This document shows, one piece after another, positions 27,003 to 37,686 of a stretch of DNA of 64,000 nucleotides. The notes beneath the pieces were generated by a model. The model made no database searches, was not told where the DNA came from, and saw only the letters and a program-made list of their open reading frames with translations. Position 1 is the first letter of the stretch; every line of letters begins with the position of its first letter. The stretch spans positions 225,564-289,563 of the forward strand of contig CP075366.1 in assembly GCA_019454145.1 (NCBI GenBank). Direction: 5' to 3'. Position numbers and translations under genes: made by a program. Origin of the DNA: Fimbriimonadaceae bacterium (GTDB lineage Bacteria; Armatimonadota; Fimbriimonadia; Fimbriimonadales; Fimbriimonadaceae).

Positions 27003-30000
27003 ATGAGAGTCATTCAACCATCCTCGAAGCGCATTGGCCGATCGCTCGAGGTTCCTAACCTAATTGAACTTCAGCTCAACAGCTACAAGTTTTTCTTGGA
27101 AGAAGGCCTGCCCGAACTTTTTACCACTTTTAGCCCGATTTGGGATTTTACGCAGAGCAATTACATTGAATTTACGGAGTTCGTTTTGGGCGAACCCAAA
27201 TACGGCATGCAAGATTGCCGCGACCGCGACCTCACCTACGAAGCACCGATCAAGGCAACTGTCCGATTTGGTGGAAAAGATCGCGAAGTTATCGAATCCG
27301 AAGTTTATCTCGGCGATTTGCCATTGATGACCGATAAAGGAACCTTCATCATCAACGGCCGCGAGCGGGTCATTGTTAGCCAGCTCAGCCGATCACCCGG
27401 GATTTACTTTGAAGAAGACGTTGACACATCCATGCAGATGATCGCCCGAGCGCGGTGCATCCCAATGGAAGGCCCTTGGTTGGAAGTCGAAAACGATTCC
27501 AACGGTGTTGTCAACACTCAAATTTCACAAACCAAAAAGTTGCCGATCACCCAGCTGGTCAAGGCTCTCCACGGCTTTGATAAAGGTCGGGATCGCCAAG
27601 TCCGCAAGATCGAAAACTCTCTCGGCAAGCGGTTGGCAGAACCCTTAGCTGATCCAGATACCGGCGAAGTCGTTTTGGATAAGGGAATCATCCTCACCAA
27701 GCGCGTGTTTGCTGGTCTGAGCGATGAAGTCAAGCAACTTGAGTGCATGATGGAAAGCCCGCTCGGTTCAACCGAAGACATGTACTGGTACTTCGGCGAA
27801 GAGCTTGAAATCGAAAACCCAACGGTTGAAGATTTGGAAGGCGCGCGCACCGTTGAAGAACTCACCGAAGGTAAGAAAGTTATCGTTGGTGCGATGCAAA
27901 AGATCGAGCATGACACGGCCGTCAAGCTCGTTGACATGAAGATCGACAAGGTTTACTTGCTCCGACTTCCTGACTACATCGAAACCACCCTTGCGGCAGA
28001 CAAAGTTGCCAACACCCGCGAAGCAATCCTTGATATCTACAAGCGAATGCGACCAGGTGAAGCGGCAAACGATGATGCGGCTAAGCAACTCGTTTTCAGC
28101 TTGTTCTTTGATATGCGGCGCTACGACTTGGGTAAGGTCGGTCGCCGGTTCTTGAACAACCGCTTGAAGCTCGACGTTTTGGGTAACACCCGAAACCTCA
28201 CCAGCGATGATCTTGCTCGCACGCTCATTGAAATGGAGCCTTACCTCAAGAAGGAAGCGGATCACGATGACATTGACGACCTGCGAAACAAGCGTGTCCG
28301 AAGTGTTGGTGAGCTCCTGGCCAGCCAGTTACGACTCGGTTTTGTGCGGATGGAAAAGGTTGCCCGAGAACGAATGACCTCGGCAGACCAAGATAACCTT
28401 CTGCCAAGCATCATCCTGAGCGTCAAGCCGGTCAGTGCAAGCATTAAGAGCTTCTTTAGCTCCAACCAGCTTTCCACGTTCATGGATCAAACCAACCCAT
28501 TGAGCGAATTGACGAACAAGCGTCGTCTTTCGAGCCTTGGCCCTGGTGGTTTGCAACGCAACAGCGCAAAGCTGGAAGTCCGCGACGTTCACCGAAGCCA
28601 CTACGGTCGGATTTGTCCGATTGAGACGCCTGAAGGTCCAAACATTGGTTTGATTTCTCAGCTCACCACCCACGGTCGGATTGATGAATTTGGATTCATC
28701 ATGACTCCGTACCGCAAGGTGGTTGAAGGCCGAGTTACCGACGAAGTTGTTTACCTGACGGCTCAAGAAGACTTCCACCTGCGCATTGCTCCGGCAGACA
28801 CTCAGCTTGACGAGAACGGCTTGATCGTTGGCGACCGCGTAACCGTGCGTTGCCCTGGTGGTGACAAACAGTTCGGTGGTGCGAGCTACCCAGCTGTTCC
28901 TCCAACCCGTGTTGACCTGATGGACGTCAGCCCAGTTCAGATCATCTCGGTTGCAACCAGCTTGATTCCATTCCTCGAAAACGACGACGCGAACCGTGCT
29001 CTCATGGGTGCGAACATGCAGCGTCAGGCGGTTCCGACTCTGCGAAGCGATGCTCCGATTGTTGGTACTGGCTACGAAAAGCGAGCGGCTATTGATAGCG
29101 GCGCAAGCGTGATCGCTCGCCGAAGCGGTGTCGTCGAAACCGTGACGTCTAAGATGATCACGATCAAGACGGAAGACGGAACCGTGGACACCTACGAGTT
29201 GCTCCACATGTTCCAAAGCAACAAGTCCACTTGTTTCACCCACCGCCCAATCGTTTTCCCTGGTCAAAAGGTTCTTAAAGGCGATGCGCTTGCTGATGGT
29301 GCAAACACTGACGACGGTCGGTTGGCACTTGGTAAGAACTTGATTGTTGCCTTTATGCCTTGGGGCGGTTACAACTACGAAGACGCGATCATTTTGAGTG
29401 AGCGCCTAGTGAAGGATGACGTTTACACGTCCATCCACATTGAGCGACACGAAGCCGAAGCCGTAGATACCAAACTCGGGCCAGAAGAAATTACCCGCGA
29501 TATTCCAAACGTTGGGGAAGACGCTCTGCGCGACCTCGATGAAAACGGAATCATCCGAATCGGCGCGGAAGTTCGACCAGAAGATATTCTTGTTGGAAAG
29601 GTTGCTCCTAAGGGTCAAACCGAAATGACCGCCGAAGAACGGTTGATCATTGCGATCTTCGGTAAGAAGGCCGAAGAAACCCGCGACGTAAGTTTGACCT
29701 TGCCGCACGGTGAAAAGGGAACGGTTATTGACGTCAAAGTCTTCAGCCGGTTCAAGTACCTCAGCCCAAGTATCAACTATGTTTACAAGGAAAGCAAAAA
29801 GCGCGACCGCTTGATCTGCGATCGAACGGAAGAGCCGTTGCTTCAAATTCCTGGTGACGAATTGCCAGCAGGTACGAACATGACCGTTCAAGCCTACGTT
29901 GCCACCAAGCGAAAGATCATGGTTGGTGACAAGATGGCTGGTCGCCACGGTAACAAGGGTGTTATTAGCCGAATCTTGCCAGTGGAAGATATGCCGGTTT

Positions 30001-31022
30001 TGATGGATGGTTCACCAGTTGATATCATCTTGAACCCGCTTGGTGTTCCAAGCCGGATGAACATCGGTCAAATCTTGGAAACCCACCTCGGTTACGTTGG
30101 TTACCACCTTGGTTGCCGCTACGAATGCCCAGCGTTTGAAGGTGCAACCGAACACGAAATTCTGCAGGAAGTTGAAAGGCTTGCTGAGCACTTGCGAACC
30201 AAGGCTCTCAAGGCTTATGTGAACTCCGAGCTGATGCTGAACATTCGTTTTGCGAACGACGCTACTCTCAGCGACATGTTGGCGTTGGTGGAAGCTAAGC
30301 TCAAGAGCCTCGACCAAGATTCACTCGAGCGAGTTGCCCGCATCACAGCGGCTCCTTCAACCCGGTCAATGGAAGAGTTGATGGCAATTGATGTTGAAGA
30401 ATTCGAGGCAGAAGAAGTCAACGAAGTTCCTGGCAAAGCATACAAAGCTGATAAAGAAGTGTATGCCGGAATTATGGAAAGTATCGAGAAAAACGTGTTC
30501 AAGCGCGCGGGCCTCGATCCACACAGCTGTAAATCAATCGTTCGCGATGGTTTGACAGGTGATGAACTTCCTAACCCAGTAACAGTTGGCTGTATTTACA
30601 TGCTTAAACTTGAGCACTTGGCCGACGAAAAGATTCACGCACGTTCAATTGGCCCTTACTCCTTGGTTACCCAGCAACCGCTCGGTGGTAAGGCGCAGTT
30701 CGGTGGTCAACGGTTTGGTGAAATGGAAGTTTGGGCACTTGAAGCATACGGTGCCGCATACACATTGCAAGAATTGCTAACCATTAAGTCAGACGACGTT
30801 ATGGGCCGGGTTAAAGCTTATGAACTCATCGTTAAGGGTGAATCAATCCAAGAACCAGGCATCCCTGAATCGTTCAAGATTCTTGTCAACGAACTTCGCT
30901 CCCTGTGTCTCAAGGTCGCAGTGGAAGATAAGTCGAACAAGGAACTCAGCTTGAAGGATCTGGATGAACTCACCGGCAACGATGATGTTCGACTGGCTCG
31001 TTCGGTTGGATTCTTTAACTAA
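27003..31022 (+). CDS. rpoB: DNA-directed RNA polymerase subunit beta
   Basis: FIINGRERVIVSQL, GRICPIETPEGPNIG, GDKMAGRHGNKGV, GGQRFGEMEVWALEAYGAA. Confidence 0.99.
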   Translation: MRVIQPSSKRIGRSLEVPNLIELQLNSYKFFLEEGLPELFTTFSPIWDFTQSNYIEFTEFVLGEPKYGMQDCRDRDLTYEAPIKATVRFGGKDREVIESEVYLGDLPLMTDKGTFIINGRERVIVSQLSRSPGIYFEEDVDTSMQMIARARCIPMEGPWLEVENDSNGVVNTQISQTKKLPITQLVKALHGFDKGRDRQVRKIENSLGKRLAEPLADPDTGEVVLDKGIILTKRVFAGLSDEVKQLECMMESPLGSTEDMYWYFGEELEIENPTVEDLEGARTVEELTEGKKVIVGAMQKIEHDTAVKLVDMKIDKVYLLRLPDYIETTLAADKVANTREAILDIYKRMRPGEAANDDAAKQLVFSLFFDMRRYDLGKVGRRFLNNRLKLDVLGNTRNLTSDDLARTLIEMEPYLKKEADHDDIDDLRNKRVRSVGELLASQLRLGFVRMEKVARERMTSADQDNLLPSIILSVKPVSASIKSFFSSNQLSTFMDQTNPLSELTNKRRLSSLGPGGLQRNSAKLEVRDVHRSHYGRICPIETPEGPNIGLISQLTTHGRIDEFGFIMTPYRKVVEGRVTDEVVYLTAQEDFHLRIAPADTQLDENGLIVGDRVTVRCPGGDKQFGGASYPAVPPTRVDLMDVSPVQIISVATSLIPFLENDDANRALMGANMQRQAVPTLRSDAPIVGTGYEKRAAIDSGASVIARRSGVVETVTSKMITIKTEDGTVDTYELLHMFQSNKSTCFTHRPIVFPGQKVLKGDALADGANTDDGRLALGKNLIVAFMPWGGYNYEDAIILSERLVKDDVYTSIHIERHEAEAVDTKLGPEEITRDIPNVGEDALRDLDENGIIRIGAEVRPEDILVGKVAPKGQTEMTAEERLIIAIFGKKAEETRDVSLTLPHGEKGTVIDVKVFSRFKYLSPSINYVYKESKKRDRLICDRTEEPLLQIPGDELPAGTNMTVQAYVATKRKIMVGDKMAGRHGNKGVISRILPVEDMPVLMDGSPVDIILNPLGVPSRMNIGQILETHLGYVGYHLGCRYECPAFEGATEHEILQEVERLAEHLRTKALKAYVNSELMLNIRFANDATLSDMLALVEAKLKSLDQDSLERVARITAAPSTRSMEELMAIDVEEFEAEEVNEVPGKAYKADKEVYAGIMESIEKNVFKRAGLDPHSCKSIVRDGLTGDELPNPVTVGCIYMLKLEHLADEKIHARSIGPYSLVTQQPLGGKAQFGGQRFGEMEVWALEAYGAAYTLQELLTIKSDDVMGRVKAYELIVKGESIQEPGIPESFKILVNELRSLCLKVAVEDKSNKELSLKDLDELTGNDDVRLARSVGFFN

Positions 31023-31037
31023 TGCCCCGCTGAAAGT

Positions 31038-31072
31038 AAATGGCCGATCCTAAAAAGGGTCGGCCATTTTTT
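31038..31072. terminator. Bidirectional terminator after rpoB, overlapping the pnuC stop
   Basis: AAATGGCCGATCC-TAAAA-AGGGTCGGCCATTTTTT. Confidence 0.85.
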
Positions 31073-31754
31073 GTTGCATTTCCATGGACTGACGCCATTC
31101 TTTAATACCGAACACCGCCATCACCGTGAATACAGTGTACAAAATCGCAGTTGGATAGTATTCGCGGTAGATAAAAACCGGGATGATCACAACATTCGCG
31201 GCGATCCAGAAATACCAGCTCTCAAAGATCTTGCGGTTGGTCAAATATTGAGCGGCGAGGGCAAGGGAAGTTGTGGTGGCATCAAAGTAAACAAAATTTC
31301 CGCGGACTGAATAAAGCAGAGCAATGAGCACCGGGATGAAAACGATCATTGTTCCGATAATCACGCCCCAATTTTTAAGAGAAAGCCGAGTGATTGGCAG
31401 TTGCGGCTGTTCGGATCTTCTCGCCCACTTAATCCAGCCATCAATGAGATAAATGGCGTTGATGAGCATCAAAGATGCCTCGCCGAAGTGCTTGGCGACA
31501 CTGAAAAAATAGATTCCGTAGGCAATCGCCCAGATCAGGCCAACCGGGTAATTCCAGGCGGATTCTTTGACCATCAGATACACGCCAACCACGCCGGACA
31601 CGAATCCCACAAATTCAATTTGGTTGTAGAGATCAGTCGGGAACAGGAGAATCGGCTGACCCGCGAGTAAAGGAGAAATGCCTTGGGCGGCGATACACAC
31701 AATGGCGGCAAAAATCGCGAGGAGTACAGATATTTGCCACGTGTTCAGCTTCAC
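31050..31754 (-). CDS. pnuC: Nicotinamide riboside transporter PnuC family
   Basis: WNYPVG, YFDATTTSLALAAQYLTNRKIFESWYFWIAAN, GIKEW. Confidence 0.85.
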   Translation of the reverse strand: MKLNTWQISVLLAIFAAIVCIAAQGISPLLAGQPILLFPTDLYNQIEFVGFVSGVVGVYLMVKESAWNYPVGLIWAIAYGIYFFSVAKHFGEASLMLINAIYLIDGWIKWARRSEQPQLPITRLSLKNWGVIIGTMIVFIPVLIALLYSVRGNFVYFDATTTSLALAAQYLTNRKIFESWYFWIAANVVIIPVFIYREYYPTAILYTVFTVMAVFGIKEWRQSMEMQQKMADPF

Positions 31755-31879
31755 GGCTCTGGTTTTACCTTTTGATCAGCCATTGATCGGGCTTTATGTT
31801 TTCCTTATGAAATCATGCCGGGAGTGGTTAGGAATCAACATATCCGAACTCGTAAAGTGATAACTGTAAGGACAAAACT

Positions 31880-32050
31880 ATGCTGAGAAACTCACTGATA
31901 TTCCTCGCCATCGCTATCGTTGCTGGTCTGCTCGGTTTGAGCGGAATCGCAGGGGTTGCCACGACAATTGCTTATGTGCTGTTCGTGATCTTCCTGATCT
32001 TGTTTGTGATCAGTTTGATCACTGGTCGCAGCGCATCTTCCGGCGTCTAG
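31880..32050 (+). CDS. DUF1328 / UPF0391 small membrane protein (56 aa), not in ORF track
   Basis: Hand translation [56 protein letters not shown]; AAGGA RBS. Confidence 0.85.
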   Translation: MLRNSLIFLAIAIVAGLLGLSGIAGVATTIAYVLFVIFLILFVISLITGRSASSGV

Positions 32051-32062
32051 GAGAGAAATGTA

Positions 32063-32100
32063 GGGGCGTGTTCATCCGGTCGAACACGCCCCACTTTTTT
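32063..32100 (+). terminator. Intrinsic terminator after the DUF1328 gene
   Basis: GGGGCGTGTTC..GAACACGCCCC followed by ACTTTTTT. Confidence 0.85.
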
Positions 32101-32235
32101 GCTTCATAAAGTTGATTCAATTCCAACAGATTCGTTATTTTTTGAGTAGTATGAGGGCAGGCAAATAAACGCCGCCTGCGAACCCGCAAAACCCTGTTTT
32201 GGGACCTTTGGCGGAAAGGTGGTTGTTTGTGCCTG

Positions 32236-32271
32236 TTAGACCCGGTAATTGGGTGTGTTTCACGCTATAAT
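32236..32271 (+). promoter_or_regulatory. Candidate sigma70-type promoter for rpoC
   Basis: TATAAT at 32266-32271, ~100 nt before rpoC and after a terminator; no clear -35. Confidence 0.4.
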
Positions 32272-32373
32272 TTGTGTCCGCTCCGACCTCACCAACCCCC
32301 TTTTCTCGTCTGTTCTAGACTCCAGCGATGATAACGTGGGGATTGTTCATGTGGTTTGAGCACATTGGACACC

Positions 32374-35300
32374 ATGGCTGATAGCAACCTGTTTGACAAG
32401 ATTCGTATTGGAATCGCCGCTCCCGAAGATATCCGAAGTTGGTCTCATGGAGAGGTCAAGAAGCCGGAAACCATTAACTACCGCACATTCAAGCCCGAAC
32501 GGGATGGTCTTTTCTGTGAAAAGATTTTTGGGCCTGTCAAAGATTACGAATGTGCTTGTGGCCGGTATAAGAAAATCAAGTACAAGGGCATTATTTGCGA
32601 ACGATGTGGCGTTGAAGTCACCCGTAGCAAAGTCCGACGTGAGCGCATGGGCCACGTGGAACTTGCGGCTCCTGTCTGCCACATTTGGTACCTCAAGGGT
32701 GTTCCATCCCCGCTGGCATTGATCCTCGATATCAGCCCTCGCCAGCTTGAAAAGGTTATCTACTTTGCTAGCTTCATCATCATCGACATCGAAAAGGAAA
32801 CAATCGATGAGCTGATGCCAGAAATCTTGAGCCACGTTGAGCAAGAAAAAATCGCGATTCAAACTCAAATGCGCGAACTCGAAATGGAAAGTCTGCAACG
32901 ACTTGCCACCGAGATGATCAACAACCCAGACGAGTACTTCGACGAAAGCTACGTCAAGGAACGGATGAAGGCAAATTACGACCGAATCCGGGCGGAGTAC
33001 CGAGATGCGGACGAACGAGTAAAAGACCTCGACATCGCGGCAAACATTCTTTCTCAGCTTGAGCTTTACCAACTGATCGAAGAAGATAAGTGGCGCGCCA
33101 TCAGCAAAATGCTTGATTCCGTTGGTCGCCGCATGAAGCGCGACATCAGCGAACTTGTTCACGCAAATATCGGTGCTGATGCTTGTAAGGAACTTCTCAA
33201 GCGAGTTGACCTTGAACAGCAAGTTAAGGATCTTCGTGCGGAAATCCGCGTAACCACCAGCCAACGCCGGTTGCGCGCAATCAAGCGACTTGAACTCGTT
33301 GAAGCTCTCACCCAATCCAAATCCAAGCCGGAATGGATGGTTTTGGAAGTCGTGCCGGTCATCTCTCCTGAACTGCGTCCAATGGTTCAGCTGGATGGTG
33401 GACGATTTGCAACGAGCGACCTCAACGACCTCTATCGTCGAATCATCAACCGAAACAACCGGTTGAAGCGGATTATTGAAATCCAAGCTCCGGAATCAAT
33501 CATCAACCACGAAAAACGGCTGTTGCAAGAATCCGTTGATGCTTTGATTGATAACGGCCGCCGAAGCCGCCCAGTTGTTGGTAGCAACCAACGACCGCTG
33601 AAATCTTTGAGCGATATGCTTAAGGGTAAGGAAGGTCGGTTCCGAAAGAACTTGCTTGGTAAGCGGGTTGACTACTCTGGTCGTTCCGTTATCGTTGTTG
33701 GTCCTCACCTTAAGCTTCACCAATGCGGTTTGCCAAAGGAAATGGCTCTTGAACTCTTCAAGCCGTTCGTTATGAAGGTTTTGGTTGAGCGCAAGGTCAC
33801 ACAAAACATCAAGACCGCCAAGCGCATGATCGAAAGAATGCATCCTGCGGTGTGGGATGGTTTGGAAGATGTAATTAAAGAGCATCCGGTTCTACTCAAC
33901 CGTGCGCCAACCCTGCACCGACTTGGAATCCTCGCATTCGAGCCAATTCTGGTTGAAGGGAAAGCAATTCAGCTTCACCCACTCGTCTGTCACGCCTATA
34001 ACGCTGACTTTGACGGTGACCAAATGGCGGTTCACGTACCACTCAGCTTGCAAGCTCAAGCGGAAGCGCGAGTTTTGATGCTCAGTACGCAGAACTTGTT
34101 CTCACCGGCTGACGGTCGCCCAGTCAACGCACCGGTTCAAGACCCAGTTCTTGGTTTGTACGCGCTCACATTCACAAATCGGGCGGCGGCAGAACGACTG
34201 GAGCAACGTGCGAAAGAGCACGCTGCCGACCGAGAAAACGTCACAGCTTCAACCGTTTACGGTTCACCAGAAGAAGTGATGTATCTGCTGGATGCACCGG
34301 GCGATCACCAAGGCACCTTGCACTTGAACGCTCCAATCCGGGTTCGATTGCGCACTCCGGTCTTGCGACCAGATTCAGAAATTGACTACCGCGATCCGGC
34401 GACTGGTCAAGAGTTCAAGTACGTCATCACCAAAAACGAACTGGATGAAGATGTTAAGAATCTTGAAGAACTAGAAATGGAAATGGAGTCACGCATCGTG
34501 ACAACCACTCCAGGCCGATTGATCTTCAACGAAGTTCTGCCTTATCCGCTCCGATACAGCGAAAAGTATCTGGACATGGAAATGGGCAAGAAGGCGATTC
34601 CTGAATCCATCGTTGCGGTTTACAACGCGGTCGGCGCAGAGTCAACCATCCGATTCCTCGATGACATCAAAGACCTTGGATTCAAATACGCTTCCAAGTA
34701 CGGAATCTCCATCGCGCTCACCGACATGGATCCGCCAGCTCGACGTGAGGAAATGCTCGACGAAGCAGATTCCAAGGCGAACAAGGTTCTCGAAAACTAC
34801 CGACGTGGTTTGATTTCGTTCCGCGAAATGCAAGAAAACCTCGTTCGACTTTGGACGAGCACATACGACGAAATCGGTAACGCCATTGTTGCGAACATGG
34901 ACCAAGAGAACCCACTTTCGATCATCACCGTCAGTGGTGCTCGGGGTTCGATCAAGCAGCTTGCTCAGCTGAGCGGTATGCGCGGACTCATGTTCAACCA
35001 GTTCAACGAAGTTATTTACGAACTTCCAGTTAAAAACTCGTTCCAAAAGGGATTGAGCATGCTGGAGTTCTTTGTAACGACTCACGGTGCTCGTAAAGGT
35101 CTTGCCGATACGGCGCTCCGAACGGCGGACGCTGGTTACCTCACCCGACGTCTCGTGGACGTTGCTCAGGATGTCATCATCCGAGCCGACGACTGCGAAA
35201 CCACCGACGGTGTGCTTGCGTTCCGGCTCTTGCTTGATGGCAAGGTCATTGAATCCATGGGTGAACGAGCTTTTGGCCGTATCTCCCAAAGCGCAATCAG

Positions 35301-37050
35301 CGACCCGGCAACTGGCGAATCGGTTTATGAACTCGGCGACTTGATGACTCAAGCCAAGTGCGATCACCTCGACAAGATCGAAAGCACCTATTACAACGAA
35401 ATCGAAGGCATGAGCGAAGAAGAAACGCTCAAGCACAACGAAAAGTATGTAAAGGCTGGATTCGAGTTCGACGACCACGGTCGCCTTGGCGCCAAGGTTC
35501 GCTCGCCGATCACCTGTTCGCTTGACGTTGGAATCTGTGCCAAGTGCTACGGGGTTGACCTCAGCACCAAGAAGGCAGTTGAAAACGGCGTTGCTGTTGG
35601 TATTATCGCCGCGCAGTCCATTGGTGAACCTGGAACGCAGCTCACGATGCGTACGTTCCACACCGGTGGTGTTGCTGGTTCTAAAACCATTGCACGAACC
35701 AACCAGTACAAGACTGGTAAGTTCATCCGCCAGTTCCAAGAAGACTTCCAATCGGCTACTCAAACCACGGCAAACGAGTTTGACCCGACAAAGTTGCTGG
35801 AAAGCCAAGAAGATGCGATCAAGAGCCTGTTCGGCGACAGTTCAAACTTCGTCAGCCCGGTAGAAAGCAAGAAAACCGAAAAGACCACCAAGAAGGCACA
35901 AGAGAAGATGGAAGGCGACAGCCGCAAGCTTTGGGAACGAAGCCGAAAAACATTCTTCTACTCTTGGACCGGTGAATCCAGCGGTATCGTTCGGGTTGAA
36001 GAAATCTTCGAAGCTCGAAAGCAGCCACGGGGTAAAGCAATCATCTGCCCGGTTACCGGGATTGTTGCCGATATCCAACGCAGCAGCTTCGGCCGCTGGG
36101 TTGTTATCGAAGCAACCGTCGAAGTTGGTACTCCGCTCAAGGATGCTTACATCACCGACAGCCAAAACTGGGGCGACAAGGTTCCGGCACCGGTTGAACG
36201 ATTGATTGGTCAAAAGCTCAGCACTCAAGCCTTGCACACGTTGCGCAAGCACGAAATTGCTAAGATCAACGTGCTCTTCCCAGTCCTTGTTCCACCGCTT
36301 GGTAACTTGCCGGTAGAAAAAGGTCAGAAGATCATTAAGGGTGACCCGCTCACCGAAGGGCCTCTCGATCCGCACGAAGTTCTTGAGCTTGCTGGTTCAA
36401 AGGCAGTTCACGAATACTTCATCGAAAACCTGCAAAGCGTTTACAAAGATCAAGGCGTTGATATCAACGACAAGCACCTGGAAGTTATTGTGCGGCAAAT
36501 GCTGCGCAAACGACAGGTGAAAGATCCGGGCGACACTCCGTTCCTTCCAGGGCAGATTGTTGACCGAAACCGGTTCAACCGCGAAAACGAACGAGTCCGC
36601 GCTCGCATTGCCGAAGGGAAGAAGGTCAAGTACACGAACCCTGAAACTGGCGAATCCATGGAACGCGACCCGCGCGAATCAACCGCGAACTGGATTCTGC
36701 TTGGAATCACCGAAGCATCGTTGGCAACCGAGAGCTACCTCTCAGCCGCATCGTTCCAAAAGACGACCCGGGTTCTCACCGAAGCCGCCGTCCGAGGAAA
36801 AACCGATCCGCTGCTTGGTCTCAAGGAAAACGTCATCATCGGTCGCTTGATTCCGGCTGGTACGGGTGTGAAGGCTCACCGCGAACTCGCGGTCGACGTC
36901 GATCGCTCGCAACCAAGCTGGGCACAGCAGTCGCTCACCGCGTTGGTGGAAGCAGAAGAAGGCGATATGCAGTCCGAAGGCGATGTCTTCGGCGGCTTGA
37001 GTCTTGCTGACCTGGCGGCTCAGGACGACGACGCTCCAAGCGAAGAATAA
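32374..37050 (+). CDS. rpoC: DNA-directed RNA polymerase subunit beta'
   Basis: [75 protein letters not shown]. Confidence 0.99.
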   Translation: MADSNLFDKIRIGIAAPEDIRSWSHGEVKKPETINYRTFKPERDGLFCEKIFGPVKDYECACGRYKKIKYKGIICERCGVEVTRSKVRRERMGHVELAAPVCHIWYLKGVPSPLALILDISPRQLEKVIYFASFIIIDIEKETIDELMPEILSHVEQEKIAIQTQMRELEMESLQRLATEMINNPDEYFDESYVKERMKANYDRIRAEYRDADERVKDLDIAANILSQLELYQLIEEDKWRAISKMLDSVGRRMKRDISELVHANIGADACKELLKRVDLEQQVKDLRAEIRVTTSQRRLRAIKRLELVEALTQSKSKPEWMVLEVVPVISPELRPMVQLDGGRFATSDLNDLYRRIINRNNRLKRIIEIQAPESIINHEKRLLQESVDALIDNGRRSRPVVGSNQRPLKSLSDMLKGKEGRFRKNLLGKRVDYSGRSVIVVGPHLKLHQCGLPKEMALELFKPFVMKVLVERKVTQNIKTAKRMIERMHPAVWDGLEDVIKEHPVLLNRAPTLHRLGILAFEPILVEGKAIQLHPLVCHAYNADFDGDQMAVHVPLSLQAQAEARVLMLSTQNLFSPADGRPVNAPVQDPVLGLYALTFTNRAAAERLEQRAKEHAADRENVTASTVYGSPEEVMYLLDAPGDHQGTLHLNAPIRVRLRTPVLRPDSEIDYRDPATGQEFKYVITKNELDEDVKNLEELEMEMESRIVTTTPGRLIFNEVLPYPLRYSEKYLDMEMGKKAIPESIVAVYNAVGAESTIRFLDDIKDLGFKYASKYGISIALTDMDPPARREEMLDEADSKANKVLENYRRGLISFREMQENLVRLWTSTYDEIGNAIVANMDQENPLSIITVSGARGSIKQLAQLSGMRGLMFNQFNEVIYELPVKNSFQKGLSMLEFFVTTHGARKGLADTALRTADAGYLTRRLVDVAQDVIIRADDCETTDGVLAFRLLLDGKVIESMGERAFGRISQSAISDPATGESVYELGDLMTQAKCDHLDKIESTYYNEIEGMSEEETLKHNEKYVKAGFEFDDHGRLGAKVRSPITCSLDVGICAKCYGVDLSTKKAVENGVAVGIIAAQSIGEPGTQLTMRTFHTGGVAGSKTIARTNQYKTGKFIRQFQEDFQSATQTTANEFDPTKLLESQEDAIKSLFGDSSNFVSPVESKKTEKTTKKAQEKMEGDSRKLWERSRKTFFYSWTGESSGIVRVEEIFEARKQPRGKAIICPVTGIVADIQRSSFGRWVVIEATVEVGTPLKDAYITDSQNWGDKVPAPVERLIGQKLSTQALHTLRKHEIAKINVLFPVLVPPLGNLPVEKGQKIIKGDPLTEGPLDPHEVLELAGSKAVHEYFIENLQSVYKDQGVDINDKHLEVIVRQMLRKRQVKDPGDTPFLPGQIVDRNRFNRENERVRARIAEGKKVKYTNPETGESMERDPRESTANWILLGITEASLATESYLSAASFQKTTRVLTEAAVRGKTDPLLGLKENVIIGRLIPAGTGVKAHRELAVDVDRSQPSWAQQSLTALVEAEEGDMQSEGDVFGGLSLADLAAQDDDAPSEE

Positions 37051-37066
37051 GCGTTCTTTGCTCGTT

Positions 37067-37104
37067 AAATACTCCTTGCTGATTTTCAGTGGGGAGTATT
37101 TTTT
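37067..37104 (+). terminator. Intrinsic terminator after rpoC
   Basis: AAATACTCC..GGAGTATTT followed by TTTG. Confidence 0.75.
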
Positions 37105-37122
37105 GTTTAACTCCTTCTTTTT

Positions 37123-37680
37123 ATTCCTCCCCAGAATTGGGGACGAGACTCCGAGACTATTGGTTTGGCATCTCCCCACAAAGGTTGGGGGGAGATTGAG
37201 AGAGGGGTTGAAAGCCTGCCGATTGCCAGCTCAACCCCTCCCACTCCGATCAATCGGAGCACCCTCCCCGATCTTCGGGGCGGGAATTTAAGAGTCTAAT
37301 ACGGGTGCTGGAGTAAGCCTAGGAAGCACGTCTAATTAACTGATTTGCTTTCATCTGATTCTGTTGGAATTGAGTTCTCCTCCCAAGTTTGGGAGGAGAT
37401 AAAGAGGTGGGTTGTTGCTAGGTAAAGGAATTGCTGATCAACCCCGCCCTGCCCTCCCCAGGCTTGGGGAGGGAATTCAAACGGTAGACACTGGGTGGCA
37501 CGGGTTTTTCAACCCGTGGGCTAGCAGAAATAAACAGCTCAACCCCACCCTAAACCTTCCCACGCTTGGGGAGGGAATTCAAACCACCAAGTTTGGGTGG
37601 CACGGGTTTCAAACCCGTGGGCTAGGTAAAGGAATTGCAGGTCAACCCCGCCCTGCCCTCCCCAGGCTTGGGGAGGGAAA
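37123..37680. repeat. BIME-like mosaic of family A and family B REP-like palindromes
   Basis: Copy of the 146-bp unit core at 37171-37288; A-B-A-B-A array with GCTAG at 37417, 37520, 37621. Confidence 0.88.
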
Positions 37681-37686
37681 CCAGAC

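Noticed and set aside
31755-31879. NAD-related riboswitch upstream of pnuC
   Set aside because: No recognisable motif in the short divergent intergenic region
28329-35808. Long antisense ORFs within rpoB and rpoC (e.g. 28329-29267, 32347-33486, 34642-35808)
   Set aside because: Shadow frames from codon bias of highly expressed genes
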